NCBI GenBank assembly: GCA_024704765.1
Contig: JAKMXF010000295.1
Coordinates: 248,001 to 312,000, forward strand
Direction: 5' to 3'
Source of the DNA: Oopsacas minuta
Lineage: Eukaryota > Animalia > Porifera
DNA length: 64,000 nucleotides
Shown: piece by piece, positions 52,266 through 64,000 of the stretch
Position numbering within the stretch: the first letter of the stretch is position 1
Layout: each line of letters starts with the position of its first letter
The notes under the pieces: model-generated
The model's input: the letters and a program-made list of their open reading frames with translations, nothing else
What the model was told of the DNA's origin: nothing
Databases searched by the model: none
Made by a program: the position numbers and the translations under genes

Positions 52266-52453
52266 AATTAAGGTTCCACCATAAGAATACAATTGAAACT
52301 ATCACATTCTAACACATAAATCAAATAGTAGAAAGATATTATTACAATAGGTAAGTAATAACTATGTATATAAGATAGAATAAGTGGGAGAAAAAGAATT
52401 CATATGCTGGATAACACAATCTAAACTGGGAGCTAAGAAATCTATTCAACTAA

Positions 52454-52677
52454 TTATATCTTATGTAATTCCTTTAAACGCTGATTCTCTAGAAATTCAG
52501 ATCTCGCTCGACTTTTAGAACCCATTATCCCACCACCCCAATGTTTACGAATTTCATCAGCACGATCATTGAAATCTGTTGTTACAGAATCAATGATAGT
52601 ATTTAATAAAGCTTTATCCTCTGTCCGAACATCAGTAAGTGCTATAGTAGTCGCAGTCTTCATATTTACAAGTTGAC
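52454..52677 (-). CDS. RPL7A: 60S ribosomal protein L7a (eL8), last exon
   Basis: Acceptor TTTAG then (G)QLVNMKTATTIALTDVRTEDKALL..FNDRADEIRKHWGGGIMGSKS..stop; phase matches the donor at 56555. Confidence 0.9.
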
Positions 52678-53595
52678 CTAAATATATATAATAAATAGTC
52701 AACAAGAATTTACATTAATAATGAACACAAAGATACGCCAAAAAGATATCAAGATTATCCACAGATCGAAACTCTAAATAATATTACCAATATTTACGTA
52801 AACACCCTGCAAGAGCTATACATATCAAATTTGTGTTATGGCAACATTAAATAGCATAATAAATGGTTAGTTTATAGATAAAAATCCTGCTTTCAAGCCA
52901 ACAATACCAGACTTTAAAGCTATCAAAACATCTTGAATATATATGAGACATCCCACGTCAATGGGAAAAAAGTAAATAATCAAGAAATTTAGACAGAGTT
53001 TGAACTTCCCCTCAGCAAGAATTGTCCCCCTTAAATTTGACATTGATTATGTTAACAATACTGTGTAACATTTGTTGAACTTGGCAACTATTTTCTATTA
53101 TTTCGATTTAGAAAACAAATCTATAGGTATAGCCCTTCAAGAAATCCAACGAACCCGAAGTTAAGAAACCATAAATTAGAATACGTGAACAATCATCATA
53201 CATGTTCTGCATCATTTAGTAAATATGTGAAACAGTTATCTGCAAATCAATAACATACAGTTATCATATTTTCTTCGCTCAAATCAAATCCTGTATGAAA
53301 CCCTGTTATTGGATATATATATATATTTTTTGTGTTGTTATGGAGAAGTTTCTTGACCAAACGAACCAACAATAATTACAAAAATAAAAAAAGTGAGTGG
53401 TATTCATAGTGGGTAAAAGCAAATTCATGAAGATTGGTTCCTTAATTATTGCTGAGAAATAGTGTTGTACAGTCTTACTAAATTGCAACATGTCCAGCAG
53501 CTTACTTTAATTTAATTTAAAGTAAACCAAATTAAGTAATAGCTGTAGGCACAGATTGTAATGTTATAATATTTGCTAGCTATGGTCGGAGGTTA

Positions 53596-53682
53596 GTGGA
53601 AATCAGATGCAATCATTTAGATTTGACATAATCTTGCGATTTGTCATTTTCTGAAAGCTTGATATGTCATCATCACTACCAC
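53596..53682 (-). ncRNA. Candidate intronic box C/D snoRNA
   Basis: GTGG..GTGATGA (C)..CAGA (D')..ATGACA (C'-like)..CTGA (D)..CCAC with a 4-bp terminal stem, sense to the RPL7A intron; no rRNA target recognised. Confidence 0.25.
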
Positions 53683-53959
53683 TATGCTGATGTAACAACA
53701 TTTTATGTAGAAATTTGATTAGTAAGTTGTTGTAGTGTTAAGATGTTAAACAAAGATGGGAACTTTTTGAAAGCTCTAAGTATAATTATTACTCATCCCA
53801 AATCTATGAAAATGTAAAAGTGGCAAATTCAGATAAGAGTCGTACACCAGGGTCCAAATCAACAGGTCACAGCGAACACTTTGACAAATTGTCAGCTCTT
53901 AATCTTAAAACTGTGCGGGAGCTAAACCGGATACGGAAAAACAAAATAAGCACCAATTT

Positions 53960-54190
53960 ATAGCTAAATATACAATATCAGTCGGATGTCAAAGAATTGA
54001 ATAAGCACTTCTTTGGCAAGGCTTGCAGTATGACATAAAATTCCGTCTTGCTGGAACCATCTGGTGACTTTCTCGTCAGACGTTACGAAGTTAGCATCAT
54101 ATAGACGGTTTCGGGAGTGGATTTCGGTAAACGGAATGAGATTATTAAGCTCGTTGCCGCCAACAAGTGAAACCACTCTCCATCCCTGAA
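53960..54190 (-). pseudogene. Tc1/mariner (rosa-like) catalytic fragment
   Basis: RWFQQDGILCHTASLAKEVLIQFFDIRLI. Confidence 0.6.
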
Positions 54191-55119
54191 TAATGTTAAA
54201 ATGTAATTGTCATAGTGTACAGAAAAATTTTAAACTGGTGGTAAAAATGCAATATATTTCGAACATAGCACGGGCGAAATTGTGGCATTGTTTCCACTAT
54301 ATGGCAGGAGGGGGCTGCCAAGCAGGAAATCGCTCCAGGGTGACACACAACAGATATAAATCTCACTATGATATCAGTATAATAAATTTTTCTCTCTCAA
54401 TGAAATACATGATAATAATGTAGAATAAAGAATCCAATATTAGCATAGTATTTTCGCTGAGATTGCACATCAATATTCTGCATAGTCGCCCAGTCAGAGG
54501 TTTGAAATTATAATCGATTTAAAGGGTCCTAGGGCTCAAAAAGAACTTACTTGGTTTGGTTAAATTCTTCGAAGTTTCACTATATGAATTCAGAATTTTG
54601 AACCTTTTTCAATCGTGGAATCTAAGAAATGCATATGTGTAATCCCCTATATGCAATTAAATGGTAGTTGGGGTATTTACTGGGCTTTCAAGAACTCTAA
54701 GCCAATGGTTTCCACATTACAAAGCTTCTTTTTTCAGTTCATCCTGAAAATAAACACGTTTATAGCCAAATGAAGATAATGCACATATTTTGATGGGTAA
54801 TTCAAATATCGCCGATAAACTGTAAATTTCATCAGAAAAATATATTATAGATATGTAACAATTCACAAAAACTACATTTATGGAAGTTTCAGATTGAAGT
54901 GAAGTCATCTGTTAGCGAATTTGCAAACATTTATTGAAGTGATACATATTTGAAACCAAACCGAACGTGAATTATTGATAAATTTTCAAAATGGTGTATT
55001 TTGGCACTTTTTGGCGCTCTAGAATGCATCTAATATTAAAAAACCAATATCTTTAGCTGCCAAATTTTGTAAATATTAAGGGGCATGAGTGGGGTTGGTC
55101 AACCGAATATACGGTTAAT

Positions 55120-55600
55120 CTCAATGCTAGGCGTATTTCGATCGGTTCACTGGCAGGGCGGTATCCATGTATATGATGTACTTAAGACAGTCGCCTAGGT
55201 TTAAACGAGACCCAGAATACATGCAGATAGTCTCTTCGACATTCAACGATGTTCGACAAATTTTCTACAGTCTACAGTTGTGATCCAACAAAACACGCAA
55301 TTGATTGTATGGGCGTGGAAGATCTCCCTCCAATAGGAATATGGAAGTCAAATACAATGAGTAGATTCACTATTCCTAGAGTTGTATTTGATGTTAGGAG
55401 TGGGACAAAAGCTGTATGATGCCATACTAACAACAATGTCTGAGGAAGAAATACTCACGCACGAATCGCTACTTAGAAATAATAACATTCAACGGAGCAC
55501 ATACCACGGAAATGCAATACGTAAACTACACAGGATGTGTAATGGACTGACTTTGCATCCTTCGAACCCCTATTCATTGTCCTGAAGGGAGTTAGTGATG
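55120..55600 (+). pseudogene. Chapaev-like transposase core fragment
   Basis: GRYPCI, IPE(L)YLMLGVGQKL and QRSTYHGNAIRKL resemble the PELH.MLG and YHGG.F.GN motifs; from recall only. Confidence 0.4.
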
Positions 55601-56218
55601 TGGTTGCATCTTGCCCTCACCAGAAATCTCAAATGAAATGGAGCAAATCTGATGCCATTTAAGGATCTATTACCTCCAGTCTTCAATTTAAGAAATGTTT
55701 CGAGCAAATTGTTGAGCTATTGACATTTTAGATATTTGTGACACATGTGGCAAGTGCCATATATCAAATCTGCATCCGTTACTTCATATGATAACATAAA
55801 AATTGAAAGATTTGTTTTCTCAACAATGCAAATAAATATTTATGGGTTTAAAGATCCCTCAATCATTTCACATAGTATCTCGTCGTGGTTCCAAAGTTCC
55901 AGATGTGCTAATTCTGCCATGTCGCAAAATATTAAAGACAATAACTAAACAATATTTGGTATAAACATTTCTAAATTTATACTGATGCAATAGATACCCA
56001 GAGAATTCAAAAATGGAACCAAATTCTCATTTGAAATATGTGCTAGAAGCAATTTGACTAATCAATGAGCAAATTCACTACTGTATAATTAGCCAGGTGT
56101 GGTTAGAAAATGAATGAAGGGGAATATTTTCATAAAAACATTTGGTATATAACCACATAGCATGTATCTAAAGGCAATTTTTCATTTACTGGTATTAAAA
56201 TAAATATTCCGCTTAGTG

Positions 56219-56303
56219 CAGTGATTCTTAAACACTCTAAAATATTTTTTTGCAGCATATTCAATGTGAGAGGGTCCTGGTGAAAAAAGATTGAGAACCA
56301 CTG
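56219..56303. mobile_element. 85-bp Charlie-type mini-MITE in the RPL7A intron
   Basis: Termini CAGTGATTCTTAAAC / GATTGAGAACCACTG; TSD GCTTAGTG/GGTTAGTG (7/8). Confidence 0.7.
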
Positions 56304-56554
56304 GGTTAGTGTATATCACTTATTATTTGTATATAACAAAATATAATATATCGATGAAGTATAGGTGTTAAACAAAGCGCATTAAAAGTTACTTCATAAC
56401 CGATTCGCCTTTATGAAACCCCGGAAAGTTCTCAAATATTCTATATAGTATTGTCAAAAGAGCCCACAATGTTGGCCACAAAGTACTTAAATAGAAGTGT
56501 TCAATATCGTATAGCATTTTCAGAAAAAAGAAATAAAAAGATAAATATGCAAAC

Positions 56555-56900
56555 CTAAACGAGCCTTTCCCTTTATTATACAATAGGGGACATTCATTTT
56601 CCTACAAAGAGCAGGTAACCAAACAATAAGTTCAATGGGATTCACATCATGTGCTATCAAAACGAGTTTAGCTTTCTTCTCTTCTATCAAGGTAGTAACA
56701 TGATTTATTCCAAATTTTAGCAAGGTGGGTTTCTTCATTAAATGCTTCTTATGACCTTCAACTACAGCATGAGCTTGACCAAGCAAGCGCAATCGCTTTT
56801 GTTTGCGCGTATCTGGGCGATATTTATGCAAAAGACGAAATAATTGATTAACAGTCTGTTTCTGCAAGGACTGTGTAAATTGATGAATTGCTGGAGGTAC
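56555..56900 (-). CDS. RPL7A: 60S ribosomal protein L7a (eL8), internal exon
   Basis: TTTTAG|[58 protein letters not shown]|GT; 346 bp, starts in phase 0, ends in phase 1. Confidence 0.93.
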
Positions 56901-59316
56901 CTAAAAATAATTGTGGTAACAACAAAACATTCAACAAACAATTAAGTATAAATTGAAATAGAATACACCTATTGTAATGCGGACAACAAAAATCTATACA
57001 GGAATATCGGCTGGCTAGAGATATTCGGGGGCCCCTGTAATTACATTCTTTTAACCCTTTTCGAGCATAGAAGTCGCCAGGATTTTTCAACTAGGTGGTA
57101 CAAAGAATGCGTGGTTGACAAGGGGTATGCGCAGAAGCAAGGTTTGTTTACTCTGGTTTATCAGTAAGCACGCCCATTGGGTATATTTATTGATCTCAGT
57201 TTGAGGATTACCATCCAACTAGGGTCCGTTGGGCTGTGAAAGTTTTCTAGTGGGTGAAGGGGCGTAGTCCCTATAATTGCTAACTTATTTCTCACCTTTC
57301 TATTATCACGTAACCTCGAATCATGAATTATATGCTCATAAACGTACAATTAAGACAGATTTGGTTGGAAAGTATGTGAATATCAATATTTTGAACATTT
57401 GTAAAATAATAAAAATAATAAGATTTTAGTTCAATTTCCGAGTTAGGAAAAATTCATCATAAGGTGGTATTTATGTGTTGCAATACTCACAATTAATGTA
57501 CATACCGTTACTGAACTCACAACTAGGCATACACCAGATCCTGGATCCGTATCATGACAATTTTAGTTGGATCCAAAAATTTTGATTTGGTGCACCAATA
57601 ACCTGACTCATATATCAAAATTCATGAAATACTGTATTTGACTGAATAAGCGGATGGGAGCTTTTTAAGTATTCTCGTTCCCGTCCTGGAAATTTTTACA
57701 ATTTTGAAAATAGAAAAGATCTTTGGAAAGAAACGATCCAAATTCGTTGAAAGGTCAAATGAGGCCTAAACGTTCATTCTTTCAGAAAATATATTTACTC
57801 ATGTACCGGATTATCGATCAGGTGCACCATACTATCAACTTTGCTTAGTACAGTATACCTTCGATAATCCGAACAGCACTGTTCCAATTGCTAAATATTT
57901 TGTTCGGATTAGTTAATTTGTTAGGATCAGCGAAATCCTTGAAAGAATACTATATGATCAGTGAACCAATATTTCGAAAGTTTTACAATCAATGAAAGCA
58001 CTGAAAAGATATGTAATATAATATTAGATATTGATCTGTAATAAAATAAAATTGGATATATTTGTCATTATATAAATTGTAGACCCTTTTCATAGATTTT
58101 TATCTTTGGGCCCTGCTTGGACTAGTGAGAGTTCGTATTAGAAAGGGTTTACTGTAGATCGAAACAAGGTATATTTGATATTTGGGAAAAATAACATGAT
58201 AGAAGCTTAAGGGTAACATGCGAGCGAAGCGAGACAAAATTTACATTTTTCTACTATTGAGCTGAATATTTCAGTGCGATAATTGAACTAACATAATGGT
58301 TCAATTCCACAATCAGTATACGTGATATATCCTTCGTGGGGCATATCCGCATATCGGCCTATCCCCCTGGATCCTGCACTGGGCTTGTTGGGCACGAGTA
58401 TTACCAGGGGGCATTGCCACCCAATATCCAACTCCGTTAGAGACGTCCCTGGTTAGGGAACAAATATTAATCACATACCTAAAATAGGTATTCAAGATGT
58501 TAAGTAAATTCAAAAGTGGAGTAAAATGGAATAAAACATGCCGAATTGGGAATCGTCAAAGTTGGGCGCATCACAAAATATTAGGTAAAATAGGTTTGTC
58601 ATGAAGACCACAGGAAAAATAATCTCCCAAAGTGTATATGCTATACTTGGATAAACACATAGTGGAAACAGCCTTAAAATATGTAAATAATATATGGGAC
58701 AAATATAATTTAAACGATGAAATAGTTTGAATGGAGTAATCGAGGATGCGAAACCAAAATTTTAAATGGGTCTAACTAAATTTCATTAAAATATTATATT
58801 GATACTATATCATTATTCGAATATTGTCTAATGGAAATTGGGGACAACTGATAATTATCAATTGTCAGGATTTCACTTTCTAATGGTCCAATAAAGAAGG
58901 TCAGGTTAAATGGTGGGGAGTATATTTGAGGGGGTCCATGCATTCGAAAGGGTCGCAACCCCCTAGAGCTGCCTCTGTACAGAAAAGAAATCAAAGATGA
59001 TCGACATTCAGTCATTTTCATGCAAATACAACACAGTGGGCATTTAGGTGCAGATAGGTTTGCATCTTAAATAATAAATTCAAAATTATGATTCAACATA
59101 TCCAAACCTAGAAATTCGTAATTGCATCCTGAATCTAAAAGTGCGTTGTCAGGGTCGGATTAAGTAGATTTGGGGGTTTGCGTTTGCTTCCGACCGGGCA
59201 CTAAGATCATGCTACTTCAAACATCCCCTTTAAATAATCCTTACAAGTTAAACAGTACATAAAATTACAGTCTAGCTTAGAACAACCCGTAGAAAGATCT
59301 CAGTAAAATGAATATA

Positions 59317-59500
59317 CAGTGGAGTCTCCGAATAACGGACATGTTGGGGCCATGGTATCTGTCCGTTGTAGTGAATTGTCCGCTCCTCGGAGACTGCTTA
59401 AGTAGTAATTACATGCTTGGCAAATCAATCAGTGCCACGAAGTTTGTCTGTTGTAGGGGGTTATCCGCTTCTTGGAGTGTCCGTTTTGGAGACTCCACTG
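59317..59500. mobile_element. pogo-type MITE, 184 bp
   Basis: Termini CAGTGGAGTCTCC / GGAGACTCCACTG with TA flanks; related to 27617-27801. Confidence 0.88.
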
Positions 59501-59623
59501 TATAAGTAAAATACTATACAAATAGACTAAGTGGCGTACCAAGCACCTTTGGTACGGGGCGGAATCTGAAGTTGTCGCCCCCTTCCTCTGGATTTTATAC
59601 AATATAATAGCTAAGTACGTACA

Positions 59624-60944
59624 GGGTGTTTCACAATTGATGTCCTATCAGATATTGATTTATAATTTGAAAAGAAATTCATATATCAATACAATTACTT
59701 CCTATATATCCCCATTAAGTTTGATACATTTTCTAATAGGTTCTGGCATTCCATCAACCATGTTGTTCAAATATTTCGGTGAGACACATGACCATGCCGA
59801 TTTGAGATTTTTTTCGAGCGTTTTCAGGTCTCTTGGCTGCTCCTTTAAATCGAATTCTCTTTGAACAATTGACCTAGGAGATTCAGACCAGGCGAATTTC
59901 CCGGCTATATCCCTTTCTCCCAAAAACATTTGATGTTGACTTTCAACCATTCTTGTGTCTTTTTGGCAGGATGAGCATGTGCACCATCTTGTTGGAAAAT
60001 TGCTTCCGACATGTTTTTCTAACATTTTCTGTTGTAAAACGGAGCTAGTTTTTGTCTTTCTAGCCAATGTTGATTTGAGAGCTTTCCCCAGGATCTCGCT
60101 TATGTAATATTCTGAAGTTATTGATGGACCAGGCGGAATGATATGTAGTTCAGAGACAGCATGATGCGATATCATTCTCCAGACCTGAATTTTTAGTGGA
60201 TGTTTCACCATTTTTTTTACTGGCTTAACATCAGATGCATTATGAGCCCTATTGCAATCATTTTACGATTTGGAGGATGGTATAATTCGAATGGGGACTG
60301 GTCTGAAAAAAAAACCTTCCGCCAATCCTTAGCTGTCCAATTTGACCGTTCCTTGCAGAAGCAGAGTCGAGAATTTCTCTGCTTTTCTGTCAATAAAGGT
60401 TCACTCTGTTGTTTGAAGGATTTTACACCCTTGGTTTTAGTCAGATAACGATATATAGTAGTACTTAAGATTGAGTAACCATGAGACTTCAGATTACGCG
60501 ATAGTTTAGGAGTAGATTGCAGCCTCCTACCGGTTGATTTGGATATAATTATCATTGCAGCTTTCGGAACGGACGATTTTCTTCCACGACCAGTCTGGTT
60601 CTCGAGCGAATATCTACTTTGAAATAATTTCCACCATCGCCCAATGGCTCTAATGTTAATGGAAAGTTTCGATGCTTCCATTTTTTGTGTCAATCCACCT
60701 GGTAGCATTCCTACAACTCTCCGAAGCGAAATACTATACTCTTTTACCATAACTTACGCGGCAAATTGATAGTTGTTTTTGACCAAATTTAAAAGTTACT
60801 ATAAGATTGCTAGCTTCAAGTTGAGAATGAATTTTAATTAGTCAAACCTTACAATAGCCGAAGGACTGGATTTTATCAAACTCTATTGTTGGTTTGTGAA
60901 TAATATCTTAGTTATCAATAGGACATCAATTGTCAAACACCCTG
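59624..60944 (-). mobile_element. Tc1-like element (probably DD37E), degenerate
   Basis: 27-bp TIR CAGGGTGTTTCACAATTGATGTCCTAT (1 mismatch) with TA flanks; FSDQSPF, FQQDGAHAH, PGNSPGLN; third catalytic residue lost, spacing inferred. Confidence 0.9.
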
Positions 60945-60959
60945 TATATTGTATATATA

Positions 60960-61489
60960 CCGGGTGAGCCAAAGAAAACGGGCCCCGTGCACATTTCAGG
61001 TCAACTTGAAACTATTAGTCAAACAAAGCAATAAGAATCTATTTATTCTATGTAAAGATATGTTAGATAAACCAAAGACGAAGTAATAGAGCATCCAGTA
61101 GAAGTCTTAACGAGTTCAGAGAATTTTTGAAACGCCATTCTTCAAGGAAATTATAGAACTTTTCTTATATTCGATGTCAAAATGCGCCCTGGAGTCGAGA
61201 ACTCAGGGTTGGATTAAAAATTTCAAGACCGTGCAAATCATTCCAGGAGGAATAGTTCTGAAGAATGTAATGGGAATTTTGCTCCAAAAATCCAAAATTA
61301 AAAGATTTTCATGGTGTTCATCTCGAACATAAGCTCTAATCCTCATAGACTTTCAACCTATGAAAGTAATAGCTTGTATTCGTCTTGTACGCCATTTTAG
61401 CTCTATAATTATAAGGTTTTGTTCATCTCTCCTAAATAAAATGCACATTCGAAGCAAATTGCTCGGGCCCGTTATTTTGGCCCACCCTA
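60960..61489. mobile_element. Tc1/mariner-type MITE, 530 bp
   Basis: Termini CCGGGTGAGCCAAAGAAAACGGGCCC / GGGCCCGTTATTTTGGCCCACCCTA with TA flanks. Confidence 0.75.
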
Positions 61490-62574
61490 TATGTGAGATG
61501 TTCATCTTCCAACATCAGTTTTGAACATTATATAATGTAGGCATGATGAATTTTTTCGCTAGATAAATGTATTATAGTTTAGCGGGTATGTATAGGAACC
61601 CAGTAACTACATCTGGGATCTCAAAAATATATAACATAGTGTATCTCTCTCAGTCAAAGTTGGCAGCTCCCTTTGAGTGGCACCCGGGGCGGACCGCCCA
61701 CCCCCTTGGTACGCAACTGAATAGACTCAATGATTTTTGTATATAATACTATACTACATGGTAAGTTAACTATTTAGTGGATCCCGCTTACTATCATAAC
61801 GATCGTGCATGAGTGTTTTAAGAATTATCCGAGTTAGTCAAGAATCCGGGATAATTGAGTATGTATGTACTTGCTATTTAAGTGTTCAACACTAAATAAG
61901 AAACATGCAGATCAAATGTATGCAATCAAGTTTGTTCACACTGGTCACTTATGTATAGCATATTTCCAAATGTTTCCTTCTAATAGATTACTACAATTAA
62001 CCTGTAAGCCGGATTTCACGATTAATTATGTGAAATTATAAGGGAAGGTGTGATAACGATTTTGAACTTGAACTCTTATGATAATAAGCGGAATCCACAG
62101 CACCACAGTCAACATGCGGTGACTCAAATGCCAGTTAACTCGAACATTCGATTTTCCAACAGATTTTCAGGATTAGAGTCACCGGATGTTACCTGTAAAG
62201 TAAAATAATAAACATTATAAATTTTGAACCAGTTTGATATAGTAGCTAGCAAGAGGGGTGTAAGGGGGTGTACCAAACGAAAGTAGCGAGCGGCCTAGGG
62301 GGACTCTGCCCCACCAAAAAATTGACTTATTGATTGATCCTGCGGTATCCCTTATCCTTAGATTAGCGTAAATTTACTTGTAAAACACAACTCATCTTAA
62401 AACGTCTATAGATGGTTGGTTGTACTCCTTTCACAACGGACAAACAAACAATCTGATAGACAGATCACAATTGCAATTAAATTATATAGCTATAAATACA
62501 CGCATATAAATATACGTATGCTATTGAAACACAATCTCTATATGCATATGTGTCGAATTATCACAGACACTTAT

Positions 62575-63560
62575 CTGTACGTACTTGACACTCAAATCAA
62601 GTTTAAATACGCATAGTTGTGATTGATCAAGCACAACTACAGTTTACTTGGAATTATATTATATTTTTGTTTCGAGACCTTAGTTATAACTGACTAATAA
62701 CTAGCTCAATCTCCTTTAAAACCAAGGATGGTATGAATTTCGTATAGAGTGACTGTATTTATTATTGGGATACCTAGCACAATATCTGTGTAAGTTATGC
62801 ACTATCCAAACAAGCTTATGGTTTTTGATTTTGTTTGCATAATAGCATTTTTAGGATAATTTTGGAGATATTTTTAGGCAGTTTTAATAATGTTTTCGAA
62901 AGGATGGATCCTATATACTTGCAAGAGATAAAGTGAGATGTAAGTGCATTCGAAATTAATTAAAAGTTCATTGGATTTAGCCACATTCTCCGTTGCTATG
63001 GAAATGAATTTGAACAAATAGCCATATCTGAAAAATATTGTTATGACGCCATATATTTTGATGAACGTATATGGTAAGTCATTCAATGTACCGAATACAA
63101 TAGCATCCATTATAGAGCTTTGTCATCAACATCTTTTCAGATATGACTAAAAGCTATTCTAATACATTTGTATATCAACGGAGGAATGTGTCAAAATTCC
63201 ATTAACGTATAAAAATCTCCTAAATTATCCTAAAAGGCAATAATGCAAATATAATTCAAAGACCACACGTATGCTTGGATACTAAGTTGATATGAGTTAG
63301 TAATACAGTGCATAACCTAAAGAGTTAGTCTGCTGGCCAACTCAATAATCTAATATAGTCACTAAATACAATAACCATTCCATCCACGTTTTAAAGGAGA
63401 ATGAGTCAGTTATGACGAAAGGTCCTAACATAGATATATTTTCAAAAGATTTCCTTGCATTTTAGACACAAAAATATAGAAAGTTCCAAGTAAAACAGTA
63501 GTTGTGCTAGATAAAAACAGGAATTTTACCGTGATGTGAGAGTGTAACATACGTATTATT
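62575..63560. repeat. Old ~1-kb fold-back (arms ~62575-62875 and ~63210-63560)
   Basis: AGCACAACTAC, CTCCTTTAAAAC, GTTATGCAC and TTTTAGGATAATTT all recur in inverted order. Confidence 0.7.
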
Positions 63561-64000
63561 AGGTTTCCTGGGTATAGATATATATGTATCTATATTATAT
63601 CAGAGCTAGATTCTGTTTGCTGGTTAACAGCTGAACAACCGCTGTGTCCAGGAAATTACTAGTCATTTCCACAAATACAGTTTGTGGAACTATTTGAGAA
63701 GTGTGAAACTAAATGTACATGATTTCACCTAGTTTGGAATTTATGAGATATTACATTTTAAGTCTGTAATCTCAAATTTCAATAGTTTTATAAGATACAA
63801 TCACATCACGATTGAATATATAACAGCTACGTATTGATATTTTCAATTGTAGTCACAAATTTTTATTAATTGTATAATGTTAATAATGATTGCAGCAGTT
63901 ACTAGGTGAACTGCCATGATCGAAAAGCTCTTCGGATCCACTGTGTATATGTTTGTATGTTCGGAGTTAATTGAAGAAACTGCAAGATAACTAGGACTGA

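Larger units (their letters stand above)
59529..61719. mobile_element. Non-autonomous hAT carrying two Tc1-type insertions
   Basis: Termini AAGTGGCGTACCAAG / CTTGGTACGCAACTG; perfect 8-bp TSD AATAGACT. Confidence 0.85.

Noticed and set aside
57161-57349. Minus-strand ORF with an AAG|GTGAG donor as the missing RPL7A exon
   Set aside because: Translation (YVYEHIIHDSRLRDNRK) has no similarity to the conserved eL8 N-terminal region.
62880-63080. Plus-strand exon-like segments with GTAAGT donors
   Set aside because: In-frame stop in the first segment, an implausible 27-nt intron, no recognisable protein, and located in the core of a fold-back repeat.
1-64000. Unistrand piRNA-cluster (flamenco-like) transposon trap
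   Set aside because: Transposase orientations are roughly balanced between strands, so there is no sequence support without small-RNA data.

Overview
AT-rich eukaryotic (most likely metazoan) genomic DNA dominated by class II DNA transposons and their relics: Tc1/mariner (DD34E, DD34D, DD37D maT, DD41D rosa), pogo, hAT, P/THAP9, PIF/Harbinger, Merlin, Mutator-like, Ginger-like and Chapaev-like elements, plus many MITEs. Many boundaries are fixed to the base by TIRs and target-site duplications (TSDs). The only host gene I recognise is RPL7A: two spliced exons on the minus strand (56555-56900 and 52454-52677); its 5' exons were not found. I recognised no retroelement, rRNA, tRNA, CRISPR or prokaryotic feature, and I cannot honestly claim a clearly new biological system. 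The strongest observations are: a four-tier nested stack (P > hAT > pogo > maT); a pogo/maT chimera joined at a 6-bp K-D overlap; two separate OTU-protease relics next to transposase-like sequence; an intact DD37D transposase; a near-intact two-gene Harbinger with a related MITE; and a weak C/D snoRNA candidate in the RPL7A intron. Family calls come from motif recognition by eye, not database searches. Pseudogene boundaries are approximate.
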